This document shows positions 1 through 13,502 of a stretch of DNA of 64,000 bases, piece after piece. The stretch spans positions 1 to 64,000 of the forward strand of contig NIVC01002729.1 of NCBI GenBank assembly GCA_002269645.1, in the 5' to 3' direction. Every line of letters starts with the position of its first letter. Positions within the stretch are counted from its first letter, which is position 1. The notes beneath the pieces are model-generated. The model did not search any database. It saw only the letters and a program-made list of their open reading frames with translations, and was not told the DNA's origin. A program made the translations under genes and the position numbers. This DNA comes from Macrostomum lignano (Eukaryota).

Positions 1-2275
1 ACCACAGAAGCGTCCTGTGCCTACCGAATCATCAAGCGATTCTGATTCTGATTCGTCTGACGCTAAGCCGCCAGTCAAAAAGGCTGCGCCTGTCAAGCCC
101 GTTGGTAAGAAGGTAGTGGCTGAGGACTCATCAACCGACTCGTCTTCTGAGAACGAGAAGCCACCAGCCAAGAAGCCAGCTGCTGCCACTCCTGCAGCCA
201 AGCCAGCTGCTGCCACTCCTGCAGCCAAGACACCCAAAAAGACACCGGTAAAAAAGCAGGAGTCGTCGTCAAGCGACTCGTCTTCTGAGGACGAGAAGCC
301 ACCAGCCAAGAAGCCAGCTGCTGCCACTCCTCCAGCCAAGACACCAAAAAAACACCGGTAAAAAGCAGGAGTCGTCATCAAGCGACTCGTCTTCTGAGGA
401 CGAGAAGCCACCAGCCAAGAAGCCAGCTGCTGCAACTCCTCCAGCCAAGACACCCAAAAAGACACCGGTAAAAAAGCAGGAGTCGTCATCAAGCGACTCG
501 TCTTCTGAGGACGAGAAGCCACCAGCCAAGAAGCCAGCTGCTGCTACTCCTGCAGCTGCAGCCAAGCCAGTCACAAAAACACCGGCAAAGAAGCAGGAGT
601 CGTCATCAAGCGACTCGTCTTCTGAGGACGAGAAGCCACCAGCCAAGAAGCCAGCTGCTGCTACTCCTGCAGCTGCAGCTGCTGGCTGCAGCCAAGTCAC
701 AAAAACACCGGCAAAAAGCAGGAGTCGTCATCAAGCGACTCGTCTTCTGAGGACGAGAAGCCACCAGCCAAGAAGCCAGCTGCTGCTACTCCTGCCAGCT
801 GCAGCCAAGCCAGTCACAAAAAGACACCGGCAAAAAGCAGGAGTCGTCGTCAAGCGACTCGTCTTCTGAGGACGAGAAGCCACCAGCCAAGAAGCCAGCT
901 GCTGCCACTCCTCCAGCCAAGCAGCCACAAAGACACCGGTAAAGAAAAAGGAGTCGTCATCAAGCGACTCTTCTTCTGAGGATGAGAAGCCAACAGCTAA
1001 GAAAGTAGCTCCTGCTGCTGCCACTCCTGCAGCCAAGACACCCAAAAAGACACCAGTAAAGAAGCAAGATTCTTCATCCAGTGATTCTTCGGATGATGAA
1101 CAGCCGCCACCAAAAAAGATCGCCCTTACTAACAACGCCAATAAAAAGTCGCCCGTGTCTGAAAAGCTGCCAAACGGAAAGCATAATGTGCCAAAAGCGA
1201 CGCATTGCCTTCTGCTAAGCAATCTGGATCCTTCCATCACTCGAAAGGACCTGTCCAACTTTTTGGACGACAAAGACATTGCTCGTCTTGACGCAGGTTT
1301 AGTCAGTGCTCCGATTGCAATGATCTGCTTTGAAAGTAAATCTGATGCAGATGCTGCGGCCTCTAAGTGCCAAAATGCGTCTCTAAAGAATCGACAGTTC
1401 AGCATTAACACTTTGTCCGGACCGGTGGATCATCTCCAAGTACTACTTGGAGACGGTGCACCGAAGGTTTCAGCTCCAATGACGAATGACTTTTCTCAGA
1501 AAGACAAATCTCGCGAAGAACTGCGCGGACAGGCTCGCTCTGTTATTTTGCTAAATGTGCCTGCCGATGCAGAGGAATCAGATGTGCGCGCTGCTTTTCC
1601 AGGGGGTTCTCGCTACAATGTTAAGACTCGTCCCGGTTCTGACACAGGCGTCTGCTTTGTGGATTTTGATTCAGAGGCTGACTGCTCTGCCGGTTTTGAC
1701 GAATTCCGCGGCGTTGGACAATTCGGCGGTCGCGAGGTTGCTGTCGCCTTCGTTGCGCCAAGGCCGGAAAGGAAGTCATTTGGTGGCGGTGGCGGGGGCG
1801 GTCCTGGTTCAGATAATCCTCCGTCAAAAACTGTTGGCGTGTTTAATCTTCCGTACAGTGCCACTGTCGAACAGTTGTGGGAGTATTTCCCTAAAGCACA
1901 AGATCTGTTTATTCCTAAGGCGATGATGGCCGCAGCCGCGGATTTGCTTTCGTCACGTTTGACTCGATTGATAGCGCCAGCGAGGCTGTCAACGCTGGAC
2001 TGACTCTGGACGGTCGGCAGACCCGGATCGAGTATCGCGAAGATCGCAGTGGAGGCGGACGTGGCGGTGGCCGTGGCGGCGGCCGCGGTGGATTTGGCGG
2101 TGGCCGTGGTGGCTTTGACAGTGGGCGTGGCGGTGGCCGAGGTGGCGGCTTTGGCGGTGGTCGTGGCGGTCGTGGTGGAGGCCGCGGTGGACGTGGAGGC
2201 TTTGGCGCTCCCAAGCCTCGCATAGAGATCGATACAGCCAAGCAGAGCCGCAAGTTGGATTCTGACTCGGATTAA
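1..2275 (+). CDS. NCL: Nucleolin-like protein, 5'-truncated by the window edge, with several frameshifts
   Basis: N-terminal alternating Ser/acidic and Lys/Pro/Ala blocks with TPKK motifs; three RRM-like domains (LLLSNL..AMICF, VILLNV..VCFVDF, VGVFNL..RGFAFVTF). After a frame change at ~1919 the frame reads GDDGRSRGFAFVTF...GGRGGGRGGFGGGRGG (RGG/GAR tail) to TAA at 2273-2275. No intron seen. Confidence 0.9.
240..1100 (+). repeat. Coding tandem repeat of nucleolin N-terminus (~110-120 bp unit, about 7 copies)
   Basis: Recurrent KKQESSSSDSSSEDEKPPAKKPAAATP..AKTPKKTPV units. Confidence 0.9.
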
Positions 2276-2365
2276 TTTATGTTTCATCTAACTTTCCTAA
2301 GCTGCGACGCTTTTTGAAGCTTTATTTTCCATCTTTTTGTGTCTGCTGAATTTCAGCACATTATT

Positions 2366-2371
2366 AATAAA
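2366..2371 (+). terminator. Polyadenylation signal of nucleolin
   Basis: AATAAA about 90 nt after the stop, followed by T/GT-rich sequence. Confidence 0.6.
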
Positions 2372-3349
2372 AGCAAAACAGTTTAATGCTTCAAATACTA
2401 TCTTTGTTACTGTATTTGTGGTTTGCTAAATTTGATTAATTCGTATTTTTGGGTGTTTTCCTCTTACATCGTCGCTCATTGGTCGCGATTTTGTTTAATG
2501 TCATCCTTGCAGTTGAAAATTTGCTAACAGACCAATTTTTTAAACTAAAACTTTTTAATTGTATTGTTCAACAAATTTTCAACAAAATCGGCAAATTATT
2601 AATGCTGTACTTATTACAGTTTGGTACAATTATTCTCCTATTTCATACTGCAAACTTTTCTGTCGTGACTAAAATTTTTTTCGGTTTGTTGTGAGACGGC
2701 TAAAAAGGCCGGTCGCTTAGAGCGTTTTAAGCCTAAAAAACATCTTTTTCACGAGGCGGCATTTTGCATTTGCACCATTACCAGTCCCTGTCTATCTAAG
2801 CATTGTTCGTTTTAATAATTCTCAATGGATAGGCGGGTAATAAATTTGACATTTATTGTGCCTATCGCAGAAGAGCAAACGCCGTGTTTTACTGTGGCAA
2901 CGCGCAACAGTGCTATTGGAATAAAAAAAACTGTGCCATTGGAGGCATATCCTTTGTTGTCTTGTCTTTTCTGTCAAATGTTTTAAAGGACTGAACTCTA
3001 GTTGATGAAGTAGACTGGGTTATGATATATTATTGATAGAAATCCTATTTTAGATTCTAGTCTAGTTCATTGTGCACTTCATGTAGCTAGAAGTGATGCT
3101 CTAGAAGTGCTTGCTTTGGTTTTTATCTACGTTCTGTCAGCCAAAACAACTGAATCCCTCTATAAAAAATTTACATCACTGCATATTTCTTTCATCATAT
3201 CCAATAAAATTGCTTGTCTAAATCTTTAAGATTTGCGTCTATCCCGCTCTAGAATTAAAGCTTCTATGCAGATACTAAACCGCTAGACGGGGACCTTAGG
3301 CTGCACGAGTAATGTCTCACTTTTTCTGCCTGGTGCGTCCTTCTTGACA

Positions 3350-5200
3350 CATTTTGCCGTGCATCGTCATTTGATCTTGCATCTGCCGGTGTTTCAATCG
3401 TCTGATATAGCACTTCATCGCCCTAAATCTCGAAGTTGCGTCACTTGGTCCATTGCGGTTGCTGTCTCGGCGTTGGCCTACTCTGCACCATCCGCTGAAG
3501 GATCTAAGCCGACCAAATGAGGCTGTGCATGCTGCTATATCTGTTCAGTCTCTCACTTTTGATGGCGAGCAGCAGTGACCTGCTATCGGATAAGATGAGC
3601 GCGCTTCGCGGTCCCTTTTCCTCCAGCAGTTCGAGGGCGAGGTGCAAGGCCGCGTCGTACTTTAACCGTCATATGCAGGCTGATTATTGACATCATCATC
3701 AACAGAAACGTCGCTGAAGAGGATCGACTCACCTATAGTGGCCCCGATACGTCTGAAGCGATTGATGTCTCCTTTCTTGGAACCCCGAAACTGGAGCTCG
3801 GGGTAGATAATGGTGCCGTTTTATCAACCGTAGCCATTGAGGTGTCTGATGGTCGCAGACAGCTCCCTGGGAGCGTGACTGATCGACTGAGTCACTGACC
3901 GAACCCGCTCGCGCCAGCCCTTGTTGGCTTTGAGGCATTGAGGGACGGTGGGCTCGCAGAGCTGCCTCAGGATGTTGAGTGTGGTTTAATAATCGCTTTC
4001 TCCCATTCCATAACGCACGTATAGCGCGCCCTGTAGATGGTGGAGGAGGTGCCTCCAGATAGACTATTGTCTCCAGATAGACGGCCTCTGTCAGGGTGGA
4101 TCGAACGAGACCAGCCGTTATCCGCAGCCACTCTTTGAACTCTTTTTTTCCATATTCGTTTTAGAGATCCAAGGTAACCAAGCAGATGCGCAGTACCAAA
4201 AACGCAGCTTTTAACCACTGCCTTTTTTATTAGAGGCAGGGGGGTTGTGTGCACCCTGGCGCACTTTAAGCGACATAGGCACACAACCGGCGAGAGGCAT
4301 TACTTCCCATTCCGCCGACTCCCCTGAGCAGGCATACAAGCGCGCGGATACGTACGCAGGCACACACTCACACAGGAGTGCACAGCGCGGCCCTAACTTT
4401 ATATTATCGTTAGGCATGTACACTTCACTGCGCCTTGGGGGGTTGGCTCTCAATGCCGTTAATTGCACGAGCAGAGCCAAGCCGAGATTCCAATTCAGCC
4501 CCAAATTAATGTGACTGCACTTGGAATCGAGCCTGGGTCGCTGGCACACCAGAGCCTGCGCTAGACCGCTGGGCTATGGCCCCCCTAACCACTGCCTTGT
4601 GAATGTATATTTTTTATCAAACACTCCATCCGCCACCCTTGATCAGTATTAGCCAGCACTCTGATCATACAACTTCTCTTCCTCTTTTTCTCCACGGCGT
4701 AGTCAGTCAGTCTGCTTTGAAATTTCAAGCCGAGTGCGCACTCTGAGGTACTTACACGTAAGCGAGCTTTTGCATTCTATGGTATTGCCAATTGCCATTT
4801 ATCACTGCACTATGTTGGGGATGGTGGACTTGTCCCTGGGCGAGCGGCTAAAAAGCAGGTCTCGCACTCACGTAGTTGAGGTCAATCCTTAATCCAGTGG
4901 CCTAGCAGCCGATGTTGTCCAACGCCTGCATACTGTCCCTGATTTTATTAACTGTGTCGCCGCTCGTCTATATTGTCGGCAAAACCGCCATATTCAACTC
5001 AACCTTCAGACCATCCCAGTTGTTCACATAGATCAGAAAGAGCACAAAGGAACTCAACTGGCCGCTCTCTGGGGAGGCCCTCCTGGTACCTCGGGTGTTT
5101 ACTGTGCCCATTGCCCAAATGAACCCTGGCCTTGAAGCTGGCAAACAATTTCGTGAAGCTCCCTCATCCATGATTCTTTTGAGCAGACTCACTCAGGACT
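3350..5200 (-). mobile_element. Decayed non-LTR retrotransposon with RT and RNase H (I-group-like), interrupted by a SINE
   Basis: Minus-strand relic motifs in order: GQLSSFVLFLIYVN (RT PQG..LF.IYVN), KYLRV, RVLANTDQGW, YCASAWLPWISKTNMEK/VQRVAA, ALHLALELLEEKGPRSALILSDSRSLLLAI (RNase H). Many stops and frameshifts. Confidence 0.75.
4225..4585 (-). mobile_element. tRNA-derived SINE family A, full length
   Basis: Head with box A TAGCCCAGCGG and box B GGCTCGATTCC; tail CTCTAATAAAAAA; 13-bp TSD TAACCACTGCCTT at 4212-4224 and 4586-4598; two more copies in the window. Confidence 0.9.
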
Positions 5201-8200
5201 CAGAGGAGTTTTTAAGTGACCGTTTCAATCCGAGAGTCTATGACTCTCGCGCAGGCAGACCGAGACCGGTTTCTGCCTTGTATATATCTGCCTTCGTCAG
5301 TGAGCCATAGCCACACACCATCCTCTCCCACCATTTTGTGTGCACAAACGCTTATTTTTTGCTTATATGGCGACATTTTTCAGGCTATGGTGAGATCGAT
5401 ATTTTTATGATTCAAACCTTTATTTGTCTACTTTTCTCAATAGTAGTCTAAATTGAATTTCTCACAAAGTTCTTACACTAATCAAGGAGCACCACTTATG
5501 AGCTCACAAAATGCACCCGCCAATAGAATATTTTAGTTCATATATACGCAACAACATTAAAAAGTCGCCACTTTTGACTTTTGAGTGACGCAACTTGCGC
5601 CACGCGACGCAGAGTTGGGTTGAGTAAGGAGGGATTGGGAAGAGCGGAGGGCGAAGATTGGATGGATTGAAGCTTCCGCCCGGTTTTCATAGTTTTTCAA
5701 GCATTTTTCATTATCAAAATGGTCGGCCAGGTGATAGAAGCTGATCGACACTGCTCACTGGGGAAAAAGGGTGTCGACTCTTCAATGTTGCTAAGTATAT
5801 ATACTCGCACGTTCGATGCCAATCTCATATACTAAAAATCGGTCCTAAAACTTATAGAAGAAATTTGAGTAGCTATTAGTTAGATGTCTGCTATCTAGTT
5901 ATTTGCATCTTTAACGTAAAACTTTAAAAGAAAATTGAAGTTTATTTACTCAGAATTAATTTGGTCATCTAAATTCGATTATTGAATGTACTTTTAAACT
6001 TTTCATGAGAAATCTATCGAATTGTTTTTGTACATGTAAAGTTGGTCACAATGCTATAGGCAAAAGTTAAAGAGTAAAGCTTCTCTCTATAATCGACTTG
6101 AGGACTTAGCGATATGAACTTGGCATCAGCGAGTTTTGCGAACTATGCTGGAACAAATTTCCTTTTCTTTCTCGCATGCACCGTACAAAAAGAAGAGAAT
6201 CCAGAGAGAACCTGGAAGGGCAAGAAGGGAAGAGATGGGAGGAAGAGAGTCTGCAGTTTCGGAACTGGCTGCTCTCAACGCAGACTCAATCTCTCCCTTA
6301 ACTCTTTCCCCTTGCTTCCTACGCACCCAACGCGAATCCAGGGCCCCCTTGCCCTTCCTCTCGCAGCTCCCTCATCCTTCCTCTCCCAAACGGACGAGAT
6401 TGAGCGGCTGCCCGGTTCAAATTCCCCCGGCCAATCCCGGGGGCGAATAGAGGCTTTGGATCGGACCATGACTGCATGGCTTGCCAGTTGGCAACGGAGA
6501 TGGCGAGTTGGGCGGGTGGGGGCTGCAAATCCAGACGCGACTCAAACACCGAGAGAGGGTGAGAGAGACCGATGGGTGAGGCTGTGGGCGAAACATCCTT
6601 GCAGAAGAACCTCTGCCTTTGAAGGAAGGAGGCAGAGAAATAGAAGGCGGAAGAGACCGGATTAAATCTGAACGGCGAAATCCGCGTGCGCCTAGACCTT
6701 CCAAGTTCTAGCTCCATCATCTATTGTTACAGCTGCTGCGTGTTACGTTAGGTTTTACTTTTCGTTGCTTTATCAGTTTGCAAGGTAAGTGTATCACTCC
6801 TATTTCTTGCGAGTTTGTTGCAGTTCAATTATTTATTCATAATTTGTAGCAGTTCTACCCAGTTGGCCTCCAAAAACGAATGACAAAAGCTCGAACTTTG
6901 CCACCTCTGACGTGACATCCACCGGCCTAGATGTGGGTAGGGGCGCCATGAAGTTGCGCCATGAGGTTGCGGCCCCTCCGATTAAAATTCCTGTGTACGT
7001 CACTGATGTACGACTCGTACAGCTATAATCTATTCATTTAGCTGGCGCAATGTTGTTAAAAGTAAAATTAGTAAAATTAATTAATTAATTTCTAGTAAAA
7101 TTATTTCCTGAATCCCTGGCATGGACTCAGAGCTATATCCACCAGTCTTATTCGGACTGCAATAAAATTGTGACAGCTGCATCTGCAGTCAATCAAGTTT
7201 ACTAGCGACAATCAGTAGCTGAGATAGAATGTTTGAGTAGAGTTTTGGGACGCATGAGTCAATTATCTCTCCTAAAATATGAGAGCGCTGAGACTGCTTA
7301 CTGCTTAACAAAAACAGTCTAAAGCTGCTACATGGCGTTTTACATTCCGATTGGAATTCATCGATCCAAAGTGTAGATTTAACTCACATCAATCGAAGAT
7401 TGGTACCTAATCTCATTGTTAAATTGTCAAATGCCTTTGGGAAGTTTAATTATCCCTCGTACGCAGTGGCGTAATGGGAGGCATAAGAGCTTTAATAATC
7501 CGAAAATAGCATTTCTTTTTTGTTTAAATCAATGCCAGAGCATCGAAAACTTCTTATTTCTCGTTAGATATTTTTGCACGGAAATTGACTTGTGATTACA
7601 CAACGAGCAGGTGATTGACAGTACGTTCATCCTGATCGCCAACCCTCAAGATAGCAAGTGTTCATGTTTACTCGTACATGCCTAACTATGAGAAAGTCGT
7701 GAGCTACATGTAGTGTGTCCGTCTGCGTGCATATACGTGTGTGTGTGCACATCAGCTGTGTGATTTGATTGCGGAGCGAACGAGCCTTTTCTTTCTCGAG
7801 AATAAGCTCTCGTATAGCTACATGTATTTTGCTTGCGGACGTAGAAAATTCCTGAAACAAAGTCTAAAGCACTGTCCCGGAGCAGAAAATTTTCGCTTCA
7901 TTTCCCATCGCAAAGAATCCACAGAATTAACTGATTCCCGTGCACTTTTAATGTATTCATTATCTGTCTCCGTCCCTCTCCAGTCCCAGAGTAAGAATTA
8001 ATTGCTGCTGCTGCTGCTGCTATTCAAATATAGGAGCCCATAGTCTCCGGGGGTGGGGGGCGAGTCTCAAGAAAATCCATATCCAGCTAATATAAAGACC
8101 TGCTATGGGTGCGCCTACATTCAATTTGAGCGATAAAGAAGAAATGGCGGATAGGCACTTTTGCTAATCTCCTCCCCCTTTTTCTCTGTCCTCTCCTGGC

Positions 8201-8821
8201 ATACGCGAATGAGTGCGCGCGTATCTCCACGGATCGTCGACAGTCCGCACTCCCCCAGCCCTTCAACTGCGAAGGCGAACGATATACGATTGACTGTGTA
8301 GCCAAATTATCCCTCCCCTGATCTCTGTGTGTCGCCGGGTCTGCCCTAGCACTCGCCGACTGTACGCTTGGCGTCCCCTAAACTCTGCTGTTCCCCGTCC
8401 CCCCGCTCTGTATCTGTCTTGTTTCTAGCCACCAACCCTCACTTTGATATTCAACAGGCAGGCTTGGAGAAAGAAAACAGTTCTTTTGCAAAGATATCCC
8501 TTGCCAATTCGCTTCCCCCTAGCCCGAGTCGGGGAGAGGCAATCAATTCTAGTCCCTCTCTCTCACTGGGGAGGGCTGACACCAACCCCGGCCGGCAGGA
8601 AAAATTTCCCAATCTAGGCTACTCCGGCTGAGCGCGCAGCGGGACGGGGGTCGACGGAGCGTCTCAATTCCTGGACACAGCCGTCTTCTCTGGTGAGAAC
8701 GGAGCGGAGAGCCTTGAATAGAAATAGCCAAGACAGTTTCAGCACTTGTTCTCAGCACAGCATTCCGATACTAAAGAAGAAATAACTCAGGTGAGAACCG
8801 TTTTCCCTATCTCTAACCGGA

Positions 8822-9070
8822 TAGAAATGGCACTCATCCTGTTAGATAGGCAATGCCATCATCCAATGGAAGTGGCACTCATCCTGTTAGATAGGCAATG
8901 ACATCATCCAATGGAAGTGGCGCTCATCCTGTTAGATAGACAATAGCATCATCCAATGGAAGTGGCACTCATCCTGTTAGATAGGCAATGCCATCATCGA
9001 ATGGAAGTGGCACTCATCCTGGTAGATAGACAATGGCATCATCCAAAGGAAGTGGCGCTTATCCTGCTAG
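8822..9070. repeat. 45-bp minisatellite (about 5.5 copies) in probable 5'UTR intron
   Basis: Unit ATGGAAGTGGCACTCATCCTGTTAGATAGGCAATGCCATCATCCA; lies between donor CAG|GTGAGA (8791) and acceptor TATTTGCAG (9120). Confidence 0.9.
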
Positions 9071-9144
9071 ACAAAAGCAGATAATGCAATCAATGTATGG
9101 ATCTCTATCACTATTTGCAGAGCCGAGAAGCAATCTCCGCACTG

Positions 9145-10484
9145 ATGGCTCTGGAGCCTCACGGTGTGTGCCACACACTGTGCATAAAATGGAGCGTTGC
9201 CAAGATCATCTATCTCCTATCCGGCTCGCTAATTGTATGCGGCTTCACCGTGGAGATGATTGTCATCGGCATGATAGTGGCGCCCTACCTCAGGGAGGCC
9301 GAGTTCGTGGAGGCCAGTTGCCAGTTTAACTCCAGTCGGTATACCGGCTACACAGACTGCCAAGATGTGAATAGAAAGCCAAATAACAACTTCCCTTGTC
9401 TAGAGGTGCTGGTCAACTTTTTCCCCCACAGTTCCAGTAAATTGCCAGTAAATTCCAGTAAATTGTTCGGAGGCGGAGTGGCCACCATCTACTCCGTGCT
9501 GTCGTACTATGAGGAGTCTTCTAGTACGTCAAAGGTGAGCTGAAACAGTTTGACTGCCTCACCCGTAAACTGCGCCTTCGCCTGTCTCCTCAGCCGTAAG
9601 TTCACAAGGCCTGTTGCCTAAGTGCTTCTTCGTCCTTGAGCTGTCTTTTCCTATAAAGCAGGTTTTTTTCTAAGAGTCTACATTGTATCTCCTATAGACA
9701 GTTCAGACGGATGAATAATTTCCTACCTCTGTTTCATTTTTTGGCTGAAAATATGCTTCAATTTTAGTGTAGTGACTAGCAATTTGCGCCCCCTTTGGGA
9801 GGCAACAAAGAAAGAAGATTTTTTTTGAATCAGCTACATGTAAGATTTGACTTTGGCAATACAATTGCTATTGTTAATTTATTGAAGCTTGTTAATCCTA
9901 CTGAATTTGAGAAATTCCCCTCTTCCATAAACCTTGCCACCTCAACAATTCTTTTCTTGAGTCCTTACAGCATTTGGACGAATAAGTTCCTCCTTTTTAG
10001 CTGTCTACTACGTGTCTCCCTTCTCTACGCTCGCTTTCCCTCAGCTATCGGCTCCTGATAATAGATAGCGTCCCACCGAAAGCGACTTCCATAGGGCTGT
10101 ATTTTATCGTATGTTAGACTTTTTAAGTCTTCGCCTAAAATTAATCTTCAAAATTTTTTAACCGCCACTTCTGTGTAATTTCCCCAATACAACAATCTAC
10201 AGTGCAGCTCGAGAATCTGCTACCGAGACAGCTACATGAACGCCAAACAGATTGCCAACCTAAACGTGACGCTCTACAACAACCAGGCTGCATATCAGTG
10301 CTACGTCCGTCAGGAATGGGCCGCCAGCACGTTTGTCGCCTTGCGTAGCAGAGAAATTGACGAAGCAAAAGTATTCCACTGTCTACTGTGGCCGGCGCTG
10401 GCCTTCGGGTTTGGCGGATTAGTATTCTGGAGCGTCTATTGCTGCTTGGGCTGCAATATCTGGCCTAAAGAGATGGCAGTATGA
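9145..10484 (+). CDS. BK-channel beta subunit (KCNMB/CaKB)-like two-TM protein, paralog 1; exons 9145-9534 and 10203-10484, ~223 aa
   Basis: TM1, Cys-rich loop (EASC..C..FPCLEVLV..C....C..YQCYV), then FHCLLWP-TM2, resembling KCNMB YPCLQV and FHSLFWP motifs. Phase-0 intron AAG|GTGAGC..TACAG|TGC. Start chosen by alignment with paralog 2 (MAL...C..LC). Confidence 0.75.
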
Positions 10485-11369
10485 GGAGTGACGGACTCTG
10501 TGGCATATACGTATGAGGAGGCATCAATACAGTATGTCTATGAGGAGTAATCTGCGCGAGTCACTTCACTGACTTTTTCTCCATTCAACCGACCAAATTT
10601 CTAATGTCTTCCCGGAGCTGTGTTTGCTTCTGTTGTACTGAATAAACGCGCGTAGTTTGTTTTCCTTTTGTTTGGCTGTATTTTCTGTTTGCTGGCTCAG
10701 TACTCGTACTCGTATATCAATCAGTCGTTATCCGAAAGCTTTATCGGTTATGTGGAGGTACGGCGAGACACTTTCGGGCGATGAGGCTCTTTTTCTTAAA
10801 AGACAACCACATAGGATAGGCAGAAATGCAGTCAGGGTTTCCAAAACGGGCGGTTCGTTGAGCTAATTAACTTGATTAAATCTCTCTCCATCCAGCGAGA
10901 GTCGGTCCGATCTACGCTACTCTCGCCTTTTTTCCTAGGTCCATCAAATACGCTAATAGCTTGTACGGCGGTCGTGCTTCTAAAAATAGCCCTCTGTATC
11001 GATTCCGCCGTATCGAGCCCGGCTCTTGACCGGGTCTCCCGTTCTGTCAACAAAATAATCTCGCGCGGAAGCCGCCAAAGGATTAGCCAAGTCTGGACTA
11101 ATCTAGAAAGAATAGAAAGAATAAAATGGTTGCTGAGAATTCCAATTTTTAATATCAATATCGAAAATATGCCGATTAAAAAGCCTACGGTTGACGCTGA
11201 AACTATAAATTTATAATATACGAGCTACATGCTATAAATTTGACTTTGAGATTCTAAGAAATCCAGCGTTTCTTGATCAAGACACGGTCTCTAAAAGCTG
11301 ACAGACACAATGTGCTAGTGCGAGCTCGTATTTCAGCCATTATTTAACTCAGCTAAACAAGTAATAACC

Positions 11370-11505
11370 AGATGTGCAACCGACAGCTCAGCCGCAGCAA
11401 TTGCGCGGCGCATCTGAAGGCTGCCCTATACGGCTGTTCAGTCTGGGGGTCGCCACACCCTCAATTACCTCAGCTAATGCTTTTATGCATTTTACATCTG
11501 GGTGA
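11370..11505 (-). mobile_element. SINE family B, 3' portion
   Basis: Near-identical to 13899-14040 (ATGTGCAACCGACAGCTCAGCCGCAGC...); truncated where an inverted-repeat element begins. Confidence 0.8.
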
Positions 11506-11512
11506 ACTAAAG

Positions 11513-11999
11513 GGGTACCTCTCATTTCGCCGATTCTCGTTTCGCCGAATCTCATTTTGCAGATTCTCGTTTCGCCGACATTATCATTTCGCCTATTCTC
11601 GTTTCGCCAAAATTAATTTCATAACCATCTGGACATTAGACCATAGACAACTACACTAATGCAAGTGTGATTTAGATTTCTGGTGAAATAAATAAGTGGT
11701 TTTATTGCATTGACTTCTGAATTGAATGAGTTAAAACTACGCTCGTAATGCTGGTAAGCTAACGAAATTAAGCTGCAAAAAGGCTACCATTACTATCTCG
11801 CGCAGTATTACTATTACATTACTTTATTTTTCAAGCCATAGACATCTAAATCACATTTGCATACTGTCTATGGTCTAATGTCCAGATGGTTATGAAATTA
11901 ATTTCGGCGAAACGAGAATCGGCAAAATGAGATTCGGCGAAACGAGAATCGGCAAAATGAGATTCGGCGAAACGAGAATCGGCGAAATGAGAGGTACCC
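11513..11999. mobile_element. Non-autonomous DNA element (MITE/foldback-like) with long TIRs and subterminal tandem repeats
   Basis: GGGTACCTCTCATTTCGCCGATTCTCGTTTCGCC...ATAACCATCTGGACATTAGACCATAGACA mirrored by its reverse complement ending GAGGTACCC. No clear TSD. Confidence 0.8.
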
Positions 12000-13502
12000 G
12001 AATTGGATAGATAATAAAGGTGAAAAGCAGTCACGTGTTTAAATTTGTACATTGGGATCCCACTGGAATAATGTGGCTAAAACTATTGTCTGGGTCAATT
12101 AAAGTATAATTACGTGTACAAACGCAATTCATTCATCGACTCTAATTGTTTTAGGCGTTGGTTTGATTATTAAAATATTTTGAATCACCCTTATCATCTT
12201 ATCTCGACTCGTCCCTCTGCGATAATGAATGTACATCCAAACTCACTGCCCAAGTGACCAATCAGTTCACCCAACCCATTTCTCTCGTCCAATCAAATCC
12301 AATCGGTCACATTATCTACGAGTATAAGCTATCTCTTTCGGCAATCAAACAATCATATTATCGTACTACGATAATTGAGTAGGATACCCACGCACCCTGT
12401 GAGATTATCCACACATGGAGATCTCACCTCAGAGATGACCCAGTCTTTTATATAGAATATCCTTAGGTGGGGACCTTATTTAGGATTTTCTAAGTGCCAT
12501 TCTAAGTGAAAAAATGCCAATTGTCAGTTATTTTCGTTGGTCTCTCATATTAAACTGAAAAAAGTTACTGAGTTTTTTGCGCTAACAATTGAACAATAAA
12601 TTAAAGCTATTTATTGTATAAAAGGGGGTTGCAGAGGCAATAGCCGTGATTTATAGCGTCGACGCACAGCTGCCGCACCGCAAAATTTTCTCTCAAAATC
12701 GTTGCTTTGGGAAAAAGAAAAAATTGAGCAAAAATATGGGAAAAATGAGGGAATCCGCTAGCCGCTTCCTAAAAGTACAAATGTCAGAGCTCTGCAACTC
12801 CCACCCTAGCAAAGGAACGAATAAGGTAGGAGACTGAGATCGGCTGATGGAAATGAAATGCCTCCTGGGACCTGGGGCAGAGCGAGAGGTGCGGCAGAGA
12901 TTGCCTCAACATCTCATTTCCGATTGCCAAATAACCAAATAAAAGAGAGGCAGTGGGTTCAGTGGAGCGCTGCCCCCCCTCTCCAACTCTGCACAGCCTC
13001 CCGCGGCTGCCGATCCCAGATTCCCGAACCCAATCACACCGCCATAAAATGAGGACATCAGTCGCGTGATTCGATAGCTCTATTGATGGTTGTGTGTAAG
13101 AGCGTCAAGCCTGTCAATCAAGCCTGTAACACGGACTGTAACAGCCTCGAACCTGTAACACAAGCTTAGATACGGTACATTGTACATACTGTAAAGCACT
13201 GTAAAATACTGTAAAACACTAAAACAAAATGGGACCCTCAAAGACCGAATATCCTAATTTTTGGCCAACCATTCCTCGTAAGAGGCACTCAAACGGATTG
13301 AGTCAACCAGAGGGTCGCCAGCACAGTAAAGTTAAGCATAGTTGGCCGCGGTTAGTACATCAGTCAAACTGGCTTTCATTCTTCCATCAGAAACAAAGCG
13401 TCCCTTCTTACTTCTTTATTTATCCTGACTGGGTAAGCAATAACCTATTCTTTGTAAACCAAGCTAAAAACGTTCTCAATATTTTGGCCAGGCAAAACTC
13501 TC

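Noticed and set aside
1613-2287. Antisense ORFs over nucleolin (and over islet, KCNMB-like and HHAT exons)
   Set aside because: Shadow frames of GC3-rich or low-complexity sense coding sequence.
6114-6790. GC-rich ORF cluster and a possible 8-nt microexon (TTTGCAAG|GTAAGT)
   Set aside because: No recognisable protein signal; may be a promoter or non-coding first exon but cannot be supported from sequence alone.
9084-9329. Upstream ATGs at 9084 and 9097 for KCNMB-like 1
   Set aside because: They lie before the stronger acceptor at 9120 and are probably intronic; paralog alignment favours ATG 9145.
10780-11216. Short ORFs on both strands after KCNMB-like 1
   Set aside because: No recognisable motif; possibly TE debris, not supportable.
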